Assembly (NCBI GenBank): GCA_004431415.1
Contig: QPMI01000405.1
Location: forward strand, 1-35,141
Reading direction: 5' to 3'
DNA length: 35,141 nt
Source of the DNA: Cyanophora paradoxa CCMP329
Lineage: Eukaryota > Plantae > Glaucophyta
Shown here: positions 21,245-32,526 of the stretch, one piece after another
Numbering within the stretch: the stretch's first letter is position 1
How the letters are laid out: each line of letters starts with the position of its first letter
Notes under the pieces: generated by a model
What the model was told of the DNA's origin: nothing
The model's database searches: none
The model's input: only the letters and a program-made list of their open reading frames with translations
Translations under genes and position numbers: made by a program

Positions 21245-24200
21245 TTACATAAGCAGCTTGCCGATCGCGGTCCAATGAATAAAAAGCTGGACAATTTGGG
21301 TGGGCGTGACCGTCATTCTGGGTTGGAATCTCACTTTAACTGTAAAGCCAGTGTGACTCACCGCCGTGACGTTGGCCCCGTAGAAATCGACATCCGTGCT
21401 GCCGCCGGGATTGATGTCGAACGAGGGGGTTACGTTAATAACCGGCGTTGGGTTTGCTGGGGTCCCCAGTCCGCCTCCAGTGTCGTACGCCTGTCCGAAT
21501 GTAATGTTGAACGTCACCGTGTATGTTGAATTGATGTTAAACTCCGTGTACGCAGCGTAGGAGTGGAAGGACGTGCCGTGCGTTATGTACGCATCCATGT
21601 TCACGTTTCTGTGCCCGTGGCTGGTGAGCGAGTACTCTGTGTGACTGTGCGTAGAGGGTGGGAAGGAAGTGGGTCGGTCGATGACATTATCCCAGTACAC
21701 ATTGTGACTGTGTGTAGAGGGGGGGAAGGTAAGTGGCTTGCCCGTTACGTTGTCCCAATCCACGGAGATGTTCGTCAAGTCCGGGGCCGTCCAGTCGCTG
21801 ATCTGAGAGATGGTGTGCTGGTGGTCTGCGTGGGGATACGTACTCGGCTTCCCCGTGATGCTATCCCACGCCCACGTTGTTGGTATCACGGGTATCGTCG
21901 GCCTCCCGCTGAGATCTGCATACGCCCCCGTGTGTGCCACCGTCGCCAGCTGCGGCACGGCAACGCCCACGGTGCTCACGGCCTGGCTCGCCCCGGCGCC
22001 ATGTGCCACTCGTAGTTCTGCGATGCAAACACGGGCTGGCCTGGCTCGGGCGCCCAGTACTCGATGCCTTTGGCGATCTTCTTGGTGTATGGTGCTGCAG
22101 GCCTGTCAACCAATTTATCGACGTAGGCCTTGGGTACCAGCCAGTTTGCCTTGGGGCTCTGCGAATTGATCCCGTTGTCTATGAAGGCCCCGTAATTCCT
22201 GAAGGCCTCGGCCTCCCACCAATCCTGCATGCGGAAGGTCCCGGGAATCTCGAGGCGCGAGTTGGCGTCCGCCAGGCGGGCCACCTGCGCCCTCCGTTCG
22301 ACGAGACGCCCGAGTGACGGATGGCCGAGCCGAATTCGCGCCTTAGGGCTTCGATGTGATTGATCCTGTTGAGGCCCTCCTGGTAGACGGCAATTAAGAC
22401 GCGCTTCCGCCCCTTGGTCTCCTCCTTTATCATCTGCTTCAGGTCGCGCATAAGTCGACTCAGGGCGAGCGAAGTCGACCCGAAGCCCTCCTGCATTTTA
22501 ACGGTGAGCTGGGAGAGGAAGAGCACGGTCGCGCGATCGATTTCGAGCAGGGTCTTCTGGTCCTTGGGGTACGGTAATCGTTGATGCTGTTGTCGAGCGC
22601 GCGAATGAAGGCCTGCAGCTCCTTCGGCTCCTTGATTTCGTTTAACCGCAGCTCCTGGGCCAAGAGCGAGGCCATTTCGCGCGCCTCCGAGGGTCGTACA
22701 CACCCAAAAATCCGGAGCCCAGCTCGCCCTCCAGCCGATTAATTCGGTTGCGCAGCTGGCTCGCCTCGTCGCCCCACGTCTCGACGCCCCAGTCGTAGAT
22801 CTGTTGCGAGAGCTCCGCGATGAACTGTATGGTGTCGGTCGCCCAGTCGACGGGGTACTTGAAAAAGTTCTTCACGATTTCTTCCGCGCTGCGCCCGTTG
22901 ATGATATCCACGATCACCTGCGCGATGGCGCCCGCGAGGATGGACAGGCCAAGTCCGCCCACCGTGCCGATCCTCATTTTCGTGAGGGCGCTCAGGGCGG
23001 ACGACATGCCCGTCTGAAGGCCAAAAGAGCCGACCGTCATGATCATCTGATCGCGGAACGTATCGAAGAACTCGGCCTCCCCTATCTTGCCCTGCGAGAG
23101 CGCCTGGTAGGCCGAGAGCAGGCCGCCGGCCGTCGCCAGCCCAAGGCCCGCCGCCGCCGCGCCCGCCCGCCGCATGGCCCGCGAGCCCGTACCCCCGAGC
23201 CCGGCGCCCACCAAGTCGATACCCGCCCCTGAAATAAATCGGCTGCCCCGAAAGACATGCCGTCGTTGTTCGCCGTACCCGCCGCCGAGAAGAGCGTCTC
23301 GGCGCTGAGGGCCTCCTTGGCCACCCCGGGCCGCCTTGCCCTCGGGCGCCCCAGGTACGCGTCGCGCTGCTCTTTGGTGGTGAATCGCTCGAGGTCGAAA
23401 TCGGCGAGGGCGTCGGCGGTGGCGCGGTTCCAGTCGCCGTAGGGCATGAGGGCGTTGCGCAAAATAACGTCCGAGTCGCCCATCACGCGCCTGTCGAGCG
23501 TCTGAAACACGCCCTCGGAGGGCAGGCGGGCGGTGCCCGGGCGCATCTCCTCCACGGAAACGTCGTCCCTCTCCGCGAGTGTGATGTCGTCTGGGCTGGC
23601 CAAGCCGACGCCCGCGCCCTCATCGGCGTACGCCCTTCCCTTCGTTTTAATATTTGATTGGCCTCCCGTTTCAATGCTTGGTACTCTGTCTCTACCTTGG
23701 TCTTTCTTGCCTCTTCCTCTGCCGCCTTGCGCTCTGCGATCTTCCGCCTCTGCTCTTCTATCTCGGCGTTGCGTCTCGCCGCGTTCTCCTTGGCTTGCTG
23801 CTTCCGCTCTTCGATCACCCTGTTTGCGTACTCCTTGTCCGCTTGGGCCTTTCTGTAGCGCTCCTCGATCTGACTCTTGGCCTCGTCTCCTCTCTTCCTT
23901 AGATCGCCCATGAATGCCGTCGTATCTATGTGAATCTTGTATTTGGCGGGTGGGTGCTCACGTTTGAAGGCCTCCAGATCGCGCACCATGGCATCGTACT
24001 GCGCGAGCCCCTCCGCTGGAATGATGGCTCTTCGCATTTCCCAAAATTTGCTCAGCTTGCCCACGTAATCGACCATGGAGAGGTACGCGCTCTGTGCGCC
24101 CGCGCTCACCGTTTTCGGATTGGCTCGCAGCTCTGCCAAAAACTCCCCTTTTGTATCCGGTACAGTGACCATTCGAGGGCTCCCCGCCACAGGCTCGCTT

Positions 24201-26339
24201 CCGTCCGCAGTTCTCTGTGCATCTCCTCCACGTCGCCGTATGCTATCCAGATGGCATCGCTGATGGGCCTCTGAACAGCCTGACGCTCAAAGTTTTTCCA
24301 CTTCTCATCGGCCATCTTTCTCCTCAGTTCTTCGGCGTCTTTCTGACCCCTTCCCGTCAGCTGATCCATAACGTAGCTAAAGTCGCGCATGTTCTCTTCC
24401 ATGGCGCGGAGCCTGTCCCCCGATGCATTTCCTTCTTTCAGTCTTTTGAGCTCCGAGCGGTAAAAATCCATCTGCGCCCCCTGAACGTCTCCAGTCGTCG
24501 CTTACGCTCCGCTACCTTCGGCTCCTCCAGCCGTGCAAATTCCTCGTCTGATGCAGTTTGCATTGCCTTCAGTCGTTCCTCTTCTGTCTTGGCAGCTGCC
24601 TCCTCGTCCGCCCTGCGCCGCTGCTCTAACGCGTCGAAGAGGGCCCTCTGATCCTCGAGCGTGAGGCCAATGAGCTCTTCCACCTGGTCGCTCCTACCCA
24701 GCCGCGCGAAGGGCAGCCTCTCGGCGGCCGGCCTTGGATCGGGCCTTGGCGTCGTCTGCGTCTCCATTGTGCCCCTTGGCACAGCCGTCCCTATCCTCTG
24801 CAGCTCGGCCGTCAGCGTTTTCACTTGCTGCTCTAGGTTGAATCGTATGGTGGATGCGAGCCCCTCTGCCTTCTGCCTCTCCTGTTCTCGCAGTTCGAGC
24901 TGCCTTAAATCCTCCTTTGCTTTTCTGGCTTGCTCCTCCGCTGCCTTTCGCTCATCGTCCAGCATCTTTGTGCCCTCTTCGACCTCGTTTGCTATGTTGA
25001 CCTTGTTTGCTATTTCCATGTCCAGTTTCTCCAGCTCGGTCCTTGCCTGCTCCTTTGCCTCCCTTATCGCGTTTTCCACGATCCTATCGGCCTCTCTCTT
25101 CCGGATCTCGGCTTTCTCCTCGGCCTCCAGGGATTTCTCAATTCTATCGCTCGCCTCTTTCAAATCGTCCGCTATCTTTTTCTCGGCCGCTGTCCTCATT
25201 TCGTTAAATTGCCGCTCCCTTGTCTTCAGCTCCTCTGCCAGTATTCTCACCTGCTCGTCTGAGTAAACGATCGTTTTGTTATCTTTCTGCAGCTCTGCAA
25301 TGTCCCTTTCGTACGCCTTCCGATCCCTGTAGTACTTTGCACCGCCTGCAATCAGGGCCGCGCCGAAGATTCCCGTTGTTGTACCAAGGATCGGCACGAG
25401 CGTACCCCTCCGCCGCTCTCTCCGCCCGAGCCGCCGCCACCCGAGCCGCTGCTACCCCCGCCCCTCCCACGGGCGTGCCACTGGAGCCCCCTCCGCCCCC
25501 CGTGCCTGTACCCCACCCCGGTGCCTGTACCCCCACCCCGGTGCCTGTACCCCACCTCCCGTGCTTCCGCCGCCCGTACCCCACCCGGAATCGCGCCCGG
25601 CACCTTGGGCCCGCCGATGATGTCGTCGTACAGGTGGCGGTGCGCCCAGTCCGTGATGTCGGCCTTCACATGCGGGTGCTTGACGAGGGCGTACCTCTCG
25701 TCGTGGAAGTGGTCCTTCAGCGCCCAGTTCTGCGTCTTCGCCCAGTCTGAGCGATCGGGGAGCACGTCGGGTGCCGTTGGGATGCGGCCCCGCCCGTCGT
25801 CTCCGGCGTCTCGCCCGTCCTGTCGGCGCTCAGGGCGCGGATGTTCACCTTGAAGTGGTCGAACCACGCGAAAAACTCCTCCCTGTCGCGCCTGTACTGC
25901 TCGGGCTCCATGCTCGGCAGCGCCTGGCGGCTCCAGTAGATGTGGCGCAGGGGCCCGCGATGCGCTCGAGTGCGTTGTACCCGGGCCTCACGTCCCCCTC
26001 TGCGCCCTTTAGAGTCAGTTTCACGAGGTTCAGGGTGGCGTCTTTCGCTGTAACGGAGTTTGCGATTTTCACGTCGGCCGCCCTCTTAATAATGTTCCAG
26101 TCCACGCCCGTCTCGGTCGTGACGCCCCAGAGCCCCTTGATAATTGCGGTGAGGTCACCGTAATCGTCCAAGGTACCGACGGACGTCAGGAAATCGCTGT
26201 AGGTCGCGCCCTTGCGCAGCCTTATCTCGTCCGCGTAAATTCCCCTCACGCTCAGGCTCCCGTCTATCGCGAAGGCGCCGTTCAGCACCTCGTCCGGATT
26301 CGGGATGGCCATGCGCCAGGGGTCGTCGAGCATCGACAT
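21245..26339 (-). CDS. Very large virion protein (~1700 aa if the frameshifts are artefacts): coiled coil + hydrophobic segments + phage fibre repeats + C-terminal gp53/H-lectin-like domain
   Basis: About eleven overlapping minus-strand ORFs chain end to end with no intervening AT-rich spacer. Long EK-rich coiled coil (24438-25397), Gly/Ala hydrophobic helices (22642-23214), WDSITGKP / WDNVTGKPLTFPPSTHSH repeats, and a terminal TVTFNITF...P...TGFTVK...IHWTAIG. Confidence 0.7.
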
Positions 26340-26364
26340 TTTATCCGCGAGAGAGAAAAATTAA

Positions 26365-26841
26365 CTAATGCTCCGCGTCCCACGTCCACTTCAGCTTGCC
26401 GCTCACCTCGCCCGTTGTCCAACGGCCCACGGGCACCTGCCAGAAAACGTCGGCGTAGGGGTAATCGGGCCTGATAGTGATCTGCTCGTCACGCAGCCAG
26501 CGGTAGGCCTCGGAGGCGTCGCGTATTTTCGGCTCCCAGTATTCCCCGCCCGTGCCGTTCGGCAGCGAGTACCCCTCCCTTGCTACCCGTACCCTGTAAA
26601 CGTGCTCGCCCGTTAGCGTGTCTACCCCCCTGTACTCGAATTCTACGATTAAGGCCAAGTCCTGCCATGCGCTCTCGCCGAGACGGATGTGACTGAGGCT
26701 GTGCAGCAGCCCGTATTTAATTGGACCAGAGGCGGTTACAAGATCGACTCTGTAAGTGAGGGGCGAGGGGTAGCCAGGCACGCCCGTAAAGGTGCGCGTC
26801 TTGACGCCCGAGCCCTTTCGCGGGAATATGATCAGGCGCAT
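26365..26841 (-). CDS. Viral hypothetical protein (158 aa)
   Basis: Intact ORF between AT-rich spacers, with the upstream ATTTTCG motif. Confidence 0.7.
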   Translation of the reverse strand: MRLIIFPRKGSGVKTRTFTGVPGYPSPLTYRVDLVTASGPIKYGLLHSLSHIRLGESAWQDLALIVEFEYRGVDTLTGEHVYRVRVAREGYSLPNGTGGEYWEPKIRDASEAYRWLRDEQITIRPDYPYADVFWQVPVGRWTTGEVSGKLKWTWDAEH

Positions 26842-26861
26842 TTAAGGGGGCCTGCGAAAAT

Positions 26862-27310
26862 CTATTTAGCAAAGGCCCAGAGGCCGAAGTTCTTGACGAT
26901 GAAGGCGTTGTTCTTCTTGGTGGCGCCCGTGATGTCGGTGAAGCGCACGCGCAGCTCCTGGAACTTGTCGTACGCGACGTAGTTCGGGCGCACGGCCATG
27001 GGCACCTCGAACCAGTAGAGGATGGTGTTCTCGAGGCCGTCGTGGCCCCACGTCGGATCACGACCTTGTTGATGCACGTGTTGACGTTCGAGATGGTCGT
27101 GACGTTCAAGTCGGGCACGTCCATCAGCAGAACGTTGACGGTTTTCGCGGCGGTGGGGTCCGGAATCGCGGTCGTGTCCAGCTCCAGGTAGACGCCCTTG
27201 ATCTGCAGCGTGTCGATGTCGGCGGGGATCTGGTTCAGCCTGAGGCGCCAGAAGCCCTCGGAATCCTGCGTCTCTCCGTTCGACTGGACGTAGAGGTTGA
27301 CGCAGGACAT
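26862..27310 (-). CDS. Putative minor capsid (penton-like single jelly-roll) protein; one frameshift near 27050
   Basis: About 150 aa of alternating beta-strand pattern ending in FQELRVRFTDITG, resembling the L.I.L.D..G motif of PLV/virophage-type pentons. Confidence 0.5.
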
Positions 27311-27333
27311 TATTTAGGAAGGGGCCTGAGAAA

Positions 27334-27522
27334 TTATGCCTTCCTCAGGCCGTTGAGGAGGTAGGGCCCCACGAAGTAGTAGCCCGCGAACTGCGCGGCG
27401 AGGATCCGCACGAGGTAGTAGCGCGCGGGCGACATGTAGGCGACCGCGCCGAGGGTCAGCAGGCTGCCCAGGTAGCGGGAATCGCTGGTGATATCATCGA
27501 GGCTCGGGAGCATGGACGACAT
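27334..27522 (-). CDS. Small membrane protein (62 aa)
   Basis: Two hydrophobic segments (YLGSLLTLGAVAYM; YYLVRILAAQFAGYYFVGPYLL). Motif-bearing spacer upstream. Confidence 0.65.
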   Translation of the reverse strand: MSSMLPSLDDITSDSRYLGSLLTLGAVAYMSPARYYLVRILAAQFAGYYFVGPYLLNGLRKA

Positions 27523-27544
27523 TGTTAAGGGCCCATTCAGAAAT

Positions 27545-27894
27545 TTACTTGGGCATGAAGAAATTCCTGACGCGCTCTCCCTCCTCGTGCAGCGCCCACT
27601 GCAGCCGGTCGATGACGGCGGCCATCACGGGCGGGCTCGCGGCGGGGTTCTTCGCGTACGCCCGGGCGTCCTCTGCCATCTGGGGTGGTACTGCTCGACG
27701 CGCTTGGCGTAGCTCGCGATGGCGCGGCGGGTGCACCGATCCAGGTCAGCCGCCATTTCCGCCGGTGCCTTCGGCTGCTGCTGCTTCTTTCGCGCGTAAG
27801 TCCTAAGAAGCCAAGGGTAGGCCGCGGTGCTGCTGCTGGAGTTGCTGGGCGCTGGAGCCTCTGCGCTGGGGGCTGGTGTCGCGGGAGTCTCCAT
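27545..27894 (-). CDS. Viral hypothetical protein; one frameshift near 27685
   Basis: METPATPAPS...KRVEQYHP joins QMAEDARAYAK...VRNFFMPK. Bounded by AT-rich spacers. Confidence 0.6.
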
Positions 27895-28174
27895 TTCCCA
27901 TGTTCTCTAGAAAAAAACGGGTACCGGTTTGCGTCATCTGAATGTCGACGTGGTGCGGCCCTATGTTCTGCGTGCTCTCGCGCCTCTGCTGCTCCGGTGG
28001 GGGTTCGGGCTCGGGCTGTCCGCGGCGGACGACCCTAAGGGCCGCCGCCTTCAGGGCGCCCAGCACTGTGTTGGGGCCGACGCGCTCCGTGCCGCCCAGC
28101 AGCTCCGAGACCAGGAAGAGCGCGCCGCAGACGACGGTGATGATGTCCGAGTGGGTGCATTCCCCCTGGAACAT
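27803..28174 (-). CDS. Small membrane protein (true stop probably near 27934)
   Basis: N-terminal hydrophobic helix IITVVCGALFLVSELLG followed by PNTVLG. The ORF tail overlaps the next gene and its upstream motif, which suggests a frameshift. Confidence 0.55.
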   Translation of the reverse strand: MFQGECTHSDIITVVCGALFLVSELLGGTERVGPNTVLGALKAAALRVVRRGQPEPEPPPEQQRRESTQNIGPHHVDIQMTQTGTRFFLENMGNGDSRDTSPQRRGSSAQQLQQQHRGLPLAS

Positions 28175-28196
28175 TTTCGCGGGCCCGTCAGATTTA

Positions 28197-30225
28197 TTAT
28201 CCGCTACCCCTTCCCCTTCCGCGCCCCTTGCCTTTGCCGCGCCCTCGGCCCCTGGCCCTCAGGTCGCCGATTTCCGCGGCCTGCGGCGCGAAGCGGGGAT
28301 CGTCCGCCTGGCCGGCGTCCGCCTGGAAAATCGTGAAGAGGTACCCGTCCGTGTTGTTGTCGGTGTTGTTCGTGTTTCGCGCGTGCGACCACTCTTTCAG
28401 TAAATCGCGCCTCTGCTTGTCGGGCAGCGTCTTTGAGAGGTACTCCTGCAGCTTGCTCGCGTAATTTTCCTCTGGGATCAGCGACGCAAGGACGGTGGGC
28501 GGATCTTTCCCCATGCCTATCTTCTCTTCCGTCAGCATGCGCTCGAGCTCTGCGATTTCCACCATCGTATCGATGCTCGGTTGAGGCCCTGCCTCTGCCC
28601 TCTTCTGGTCTACGAGGCGCTGCCCCGCCGCCGTGAATTTCGCGGACAGAATTTGGTGCAGCCGCTCGTACACCGTCGTGGTGCTCGGCTCCTTCTCCTT
28701 CAGCAGCACCACCCAGTCGTAATTCGCCCACAGCACCTGCAAATTCGATATGTGATCGATCGTCACCAGCACGTGGGCGTGCAGCGCGCCGTCCGTCGGC
28801 CCCACCTCCACGCCCCCTTGCACGCGAATTCCGATGATTGCGTTGGCGTACGTGTCGTCCTTGTACTTGCCGTTCTCTTCCTTCATATTGAAGCGTATGA
28901 ACTTGTAGAATTCTGCATCCGAGAGCACCTCTGCGAGGCTGTCGCGCAGCGCCGCCGCCTCGAATTCTCGCGCCTCTCCCAGGCGCTTGTGGGTGTTGAA
29001 GAGCACCCAGTAGCGCGACTGGCGCGCCTGTCGTATGTCGTACCGCGTGCTTCCGTCGGGATTCTTTTTGTTGAGGATGAAGACCGACCGCCCCGTCTCG
29101 CTGATTTCCGTGATCACCTTCTCGAGCGCCTCCAGCCCGTTTGCCTGCGCCGCCTGCAGTCCCGTTTTCGCCTTCTCTATGTTCTGCTTTACCTCTTGCG
29201 CGTCCGCGAAGGTTGCCATTAAATCTTCCATGCTCGGCGCCACGATTTTCGCCTTTCTGATTTTCGACTGCGCAGAGTTGGGCTCGATGACGGACGATCC
29301 GAAGTCAGCGGCCGTATCCTTTGCCTTTTTCGTGGTCTTTGGCTTCGGCCCGCCGAGCACGCTCTCGACCATGTGGTCGCGCGTCTGCTTGGAGACGGTG
29401 GCCGTGTCGCCCCTCTTTCGCCTCTGCAGGCCCAAGATCACGAGCAGGCCCTTGTTGCCGAGCAGCGTGACGCACTTCTGGCAGAGCCACGAGTTTCTGG
29501 GCGACACCGTGGGCACCTGCGCCGGCTTCTTGTCCTTGATGAGGGGTACGGCTCCTGGCCCTTTTTCTTTCCCTTGCCGTTTTGCTTGGCCGCCCACGCG
29601 TTTGCCTTCTCTATGACCGCGACGTACTCTTCGTACACGGCATCCTTCCTCGCCTGCGCTGCCTCCCTCGCGGCGATTTTCTCTGGCGTGTTGGCCCCCT
29701 TGGCGCTCGGCACGGGCGTGGCTTCGTACATGAGGCGAAGGCAGCGGTAGCAGATTGGCGGCGATTTCTGCGCGCTCTGGTACGTGCGCGGTATGGCGCG
29801 CAGTCGCTCCTCGGGGAGTTTATCGTACTCGATTTCGCTGTGGATGCTCCAGAGGGTCGCGGGCTCGTGGTATGATTTATCGAGCAGCGATGGGAGCATC
29901 TGAACTTCTTTGGTGGCCGAGAGCTTGATGTAATCGGATATGCTCTTCTGCTGCTGGAATATGCCGTCCTCGCCCTGAACCAGCACGTATCGCTTCGGAA
30001 TCTCAACGACGGGCGTCTCGAGCTCGTCCACGCCGGTATCGGGCGCGTTTCCCTTTGCCTTTCCCTTTCCCTTCCCCTTGCCCTTGCCCTTCGGCTTAGG
30101 CTCCGGCTCCTCTTCCTCTTCCTCCTCTTCTTCCTCCGACTCGGAGGACGGGACGTGGGCTCCTCTTCCTCTGACTCGCTCGAGCTCTCTGGCTTCTTCT
30201 TGCGGCCTCGGCGCTTCGGAGGCAT
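28197..30225 (-). CDS. Long HUH endonuclease (rolling-circle Rep-like) with N-terminal charged region and CxxC pairs; frameshifted
   Basis: Motif I-like SRYWVLFNTHK, motif II GVEVGPTDGALHAHVLVTIDH, motif III-like LQEYLSK. CYRC and CQKC upstream. ORFs 29611-30225, 29438-30031 and 28197-29597 chain together. Confidence 0.8.
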
Positions 30226-30246
30226 TTATTGGACACGAGAAAAAAT

Positions 30247-31087
30247 TTACACGAGCTTTACAGCGCCCGTCTCGAGGGCCTCTACCGTCTTCGTAATGTA
30301 CAGCTGCAGCAGATCCTTAAGGTTGCTCTGCGGCAGCAATTTTACGTCTACGTGCATCTGCCTGGCGGTTTCTCGCTTCCTGTAGCCCGTCTCCTTGCCC
30401 GTCCACTGCATGCCGAGGGCGTCCTTTCTCCGTATCGGCCGCACCGCCGTCTTCTGGTACTCCTCCCCGAACCAGTCGTCCTTGTAGAAATTCGGCAGGC
30501 CGCCCTGCCCTCCGTTTGCATGAACTTGATGAGGAAATCCGACGCCTTCTTGCCGTCGAATTGCACGCGCGAGTAGTGCACCAGCGTGAGCAGGATGTGC
30601 GCGTGGAGCCGCCCCGACCGCGGCCCGTACTCGATGCCGATGTTCGCGTTGCCCTTCTCCACGTGCGTGTCGTACTGGTCGGACTTGAAATCGAAGCCCT
30701 TGGGGTTCGCCTTGTCGGGGTACACCCCATCTTTATGCACCGCGCCAGCTGCCTGTCGTCGTAGAAGAGGGCCTCCAGCCCCCTGTGAAACGCGTCCTGC
30801 ACCTTGGAGCCCTCTCCCCTGCTCCGCGGCTTGTAGTTGGTCTGGATGGTGATCATGAAATTCGACTCGCGCTGCGGCCGATCCTCCCCGTTCAGTTTCC
30901 TCACGGGCGCCGCGTCCAGCACCTTCTGGAACCACGTCTTGTCGGGCGCCAGCACCTTGTCGTTGATGTTGCCCACCACGATGTGCGTCTCTACCCGGGA
31001 GCGGCCGGAGGCGTCCATGCGGAGGTGAGGGTTCGGTGCCCGGGCTTGCCTGTTTGCTGCCACGCCCCTCGCGATGAGGTTGAGCAT
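30247..31087 (-). CDS. HUH endonuclease (rolling-circle Rep-like); frameshifted
   Basis: Motif I SNFMITIQTN, motif II GIEYGPRSGRLHAHILLTLVH, motif III LLQLYITK, spread over three chained frames. Confidence 0.85.
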
Positions 31088-31160
31088 GTCAGACCAAGGC
31101 CTAGAAAATTTTCCGAGGCTGGGGTGAGCTTCCACGTGGGCCCCGGGGTACGTCCGCACC

Positions 31161-31201
31161 TCACCTGAGCATCACCTGAGCCTCACATGAATCACCTGAG
31201 C
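31161..31201 (+). repeat. Iteron-like direct repeats TCACCTGAGC (3 perfect + 1 degenerate)
   Basis: Copies at 31161, 31172 and 31192, plus TCACATGAA at 31183, in the divergent spacer between the HUH gene and VLTF3. Confidence 0.8.
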
Positions 31202-31317
31202 AACGCCTTCTGCAACAAGTGCTTCCTCACTTGCAAGTGGGACCCACTCTCCTCTGAGAAGCCAACCTGTTGGTTCTGCAGGGGAATAGCTCAGCTGCAG
31301 TACGAGGACTCAGAGGA

Positions 31318-32146
31318 ATGGCAGACTCTAACGAAATCGATCTCCTCCTCCGAAACTTCGAGCAGATCCAGCGCTACGGCGCCATCCTTCACGACGAGGG
31401 GGACCCAGACTTCGACACTCCGGCACCGTACCCCGCCGCCGCCGCCGCCATCGCCAACTCCTACCTCGGGGCCGGAGAGCGCCCCCGCAAGCGCAACCGC
31501 CGCACCCAAGGCCCCCAAGGCGAAGCCGCTGTCCCCTGCGGAAATTGCAGCTCTACCGCCCTCGTTGGTGTTCACCTGGATGGGGATCTGGTTTGCCAAG
31601 GCTGCGGTCTGGTCCTGGATCTTTATTATCCGGACCATCAACCCTGGCTGTCAGCGAGCTCCACAGCAACTACCTGCGCAAGTACCACGTTTCCGAGCGA
31701 CTTAAGCAGCACTGCCTGGAGGATTCTCCGGTACCCGAGGACGTGCTGGCAGCTATTGCGAGGCGCATGGCGGGAAGGAGTGGAGCAAAGACAATATCCG
31801 CCAAGTTCTCCGGGCTCTGAAGCAGCAGAAGTACATCGAGCGCTGGGCGCAGATCAAGTGGCGCATCACGGGCGAGCGCCCGCCTCCGATGAGCGCGGAG
31901 GACATGGACCGGGTGCAGGAGATGTTCGCCCTGGTGGAGGTCCCCTTCAGCATGTTCAAGTCGCAGGGCAGGAAGAACATGCTCAACTACAATTACGTTT
32001 TCAGGCAGATTTTCGTGCTGCTGGATTTGCCCCAGCACCTCCCCTTTTTCCCCTTGCTCAAGAGCAGGCAGAAACTCTCGGAGTTAGATTCGATTTGGAA
32101 CAGGATCTGCGAGTACAACGACTGGCATTTCTTTCCTACTCTTTAG
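31318..32146 (+). CDS. Viral late transcription factor 3 (VLTF3, poxvirus A2-like); frameshifted
   Basis: N-terminal Zn ribbon CGNC...DGDLVCQGCGLV, then YLRKYHVSERL and LKQQKYIERWAQI, and the hallmark C-terminus RKNMLNYNYVFRQIFVLLD...FPLLKSRQKLSELDSIWNRICEYNDWHFFPT. Confidence 0.93.
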
Positions 32147-32491
32147 CTACTCTTTAGTGATCGCGGCGGCCTTCCGCTCGAGCGCCTGCTTGATTCCGAA
32201 GCTGGCGCTGGTAGCCTTGATTAGCATGTTCGTCTGCCCGTGTGTGAATCCGAGGATGAACATAATTCCGCCGGTGGGGTCGTCGTCGAAGAACTTGAGG
32301 GTGAGCACGTATTTCGAGAGCAGGCCGAGGGAGAGGCCGTTGACGGCGACTTGCGCGGCGAGCTCGGCTGCGTGGCCCGCCCTGTTTTCGCCTTCGTGCG
32401 AGGAGAAGGCGGCGTCGATGAGGGAGCCGGATGCCAGGCCGAGGGCGTACTGCACGATAGCCTGGGAGAGCCCTAGGAGCACCTTTGACAT
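32147..32491 (-). CDS. Putative virion membrane/envelope protein (114 aa)
   Basis: Three hydrophobic segments with E...Q and GG..F...F..Q..L..K patterns reminiscent of small NCLDV membrane proteins. Confidence 0.6.
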   Translation of the reverse strand: MSKVLLGLSQAIVQYALGLASGSLIDAAFSSHEGENRAGHAAELAAQVAVNGLSLGLLSKYVLTLKFFDDDPTGGIMFILGFTHGQTNMLIKATSASFGIKQALERKAAAITKE

Positions 32492-32526
32492 TTTCCTAGC
32501 GCCTCGGAAATTTTTAAGGGGCGCGC

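Noticed and set aside
28197-31087. Helitron or captured CRESS virus as the source of the HUH genes
   Set aside because: No fused PIF1 or SF3 helicase is present. The genes carry the same upstream motif and orientation as neighbouring viral genes.
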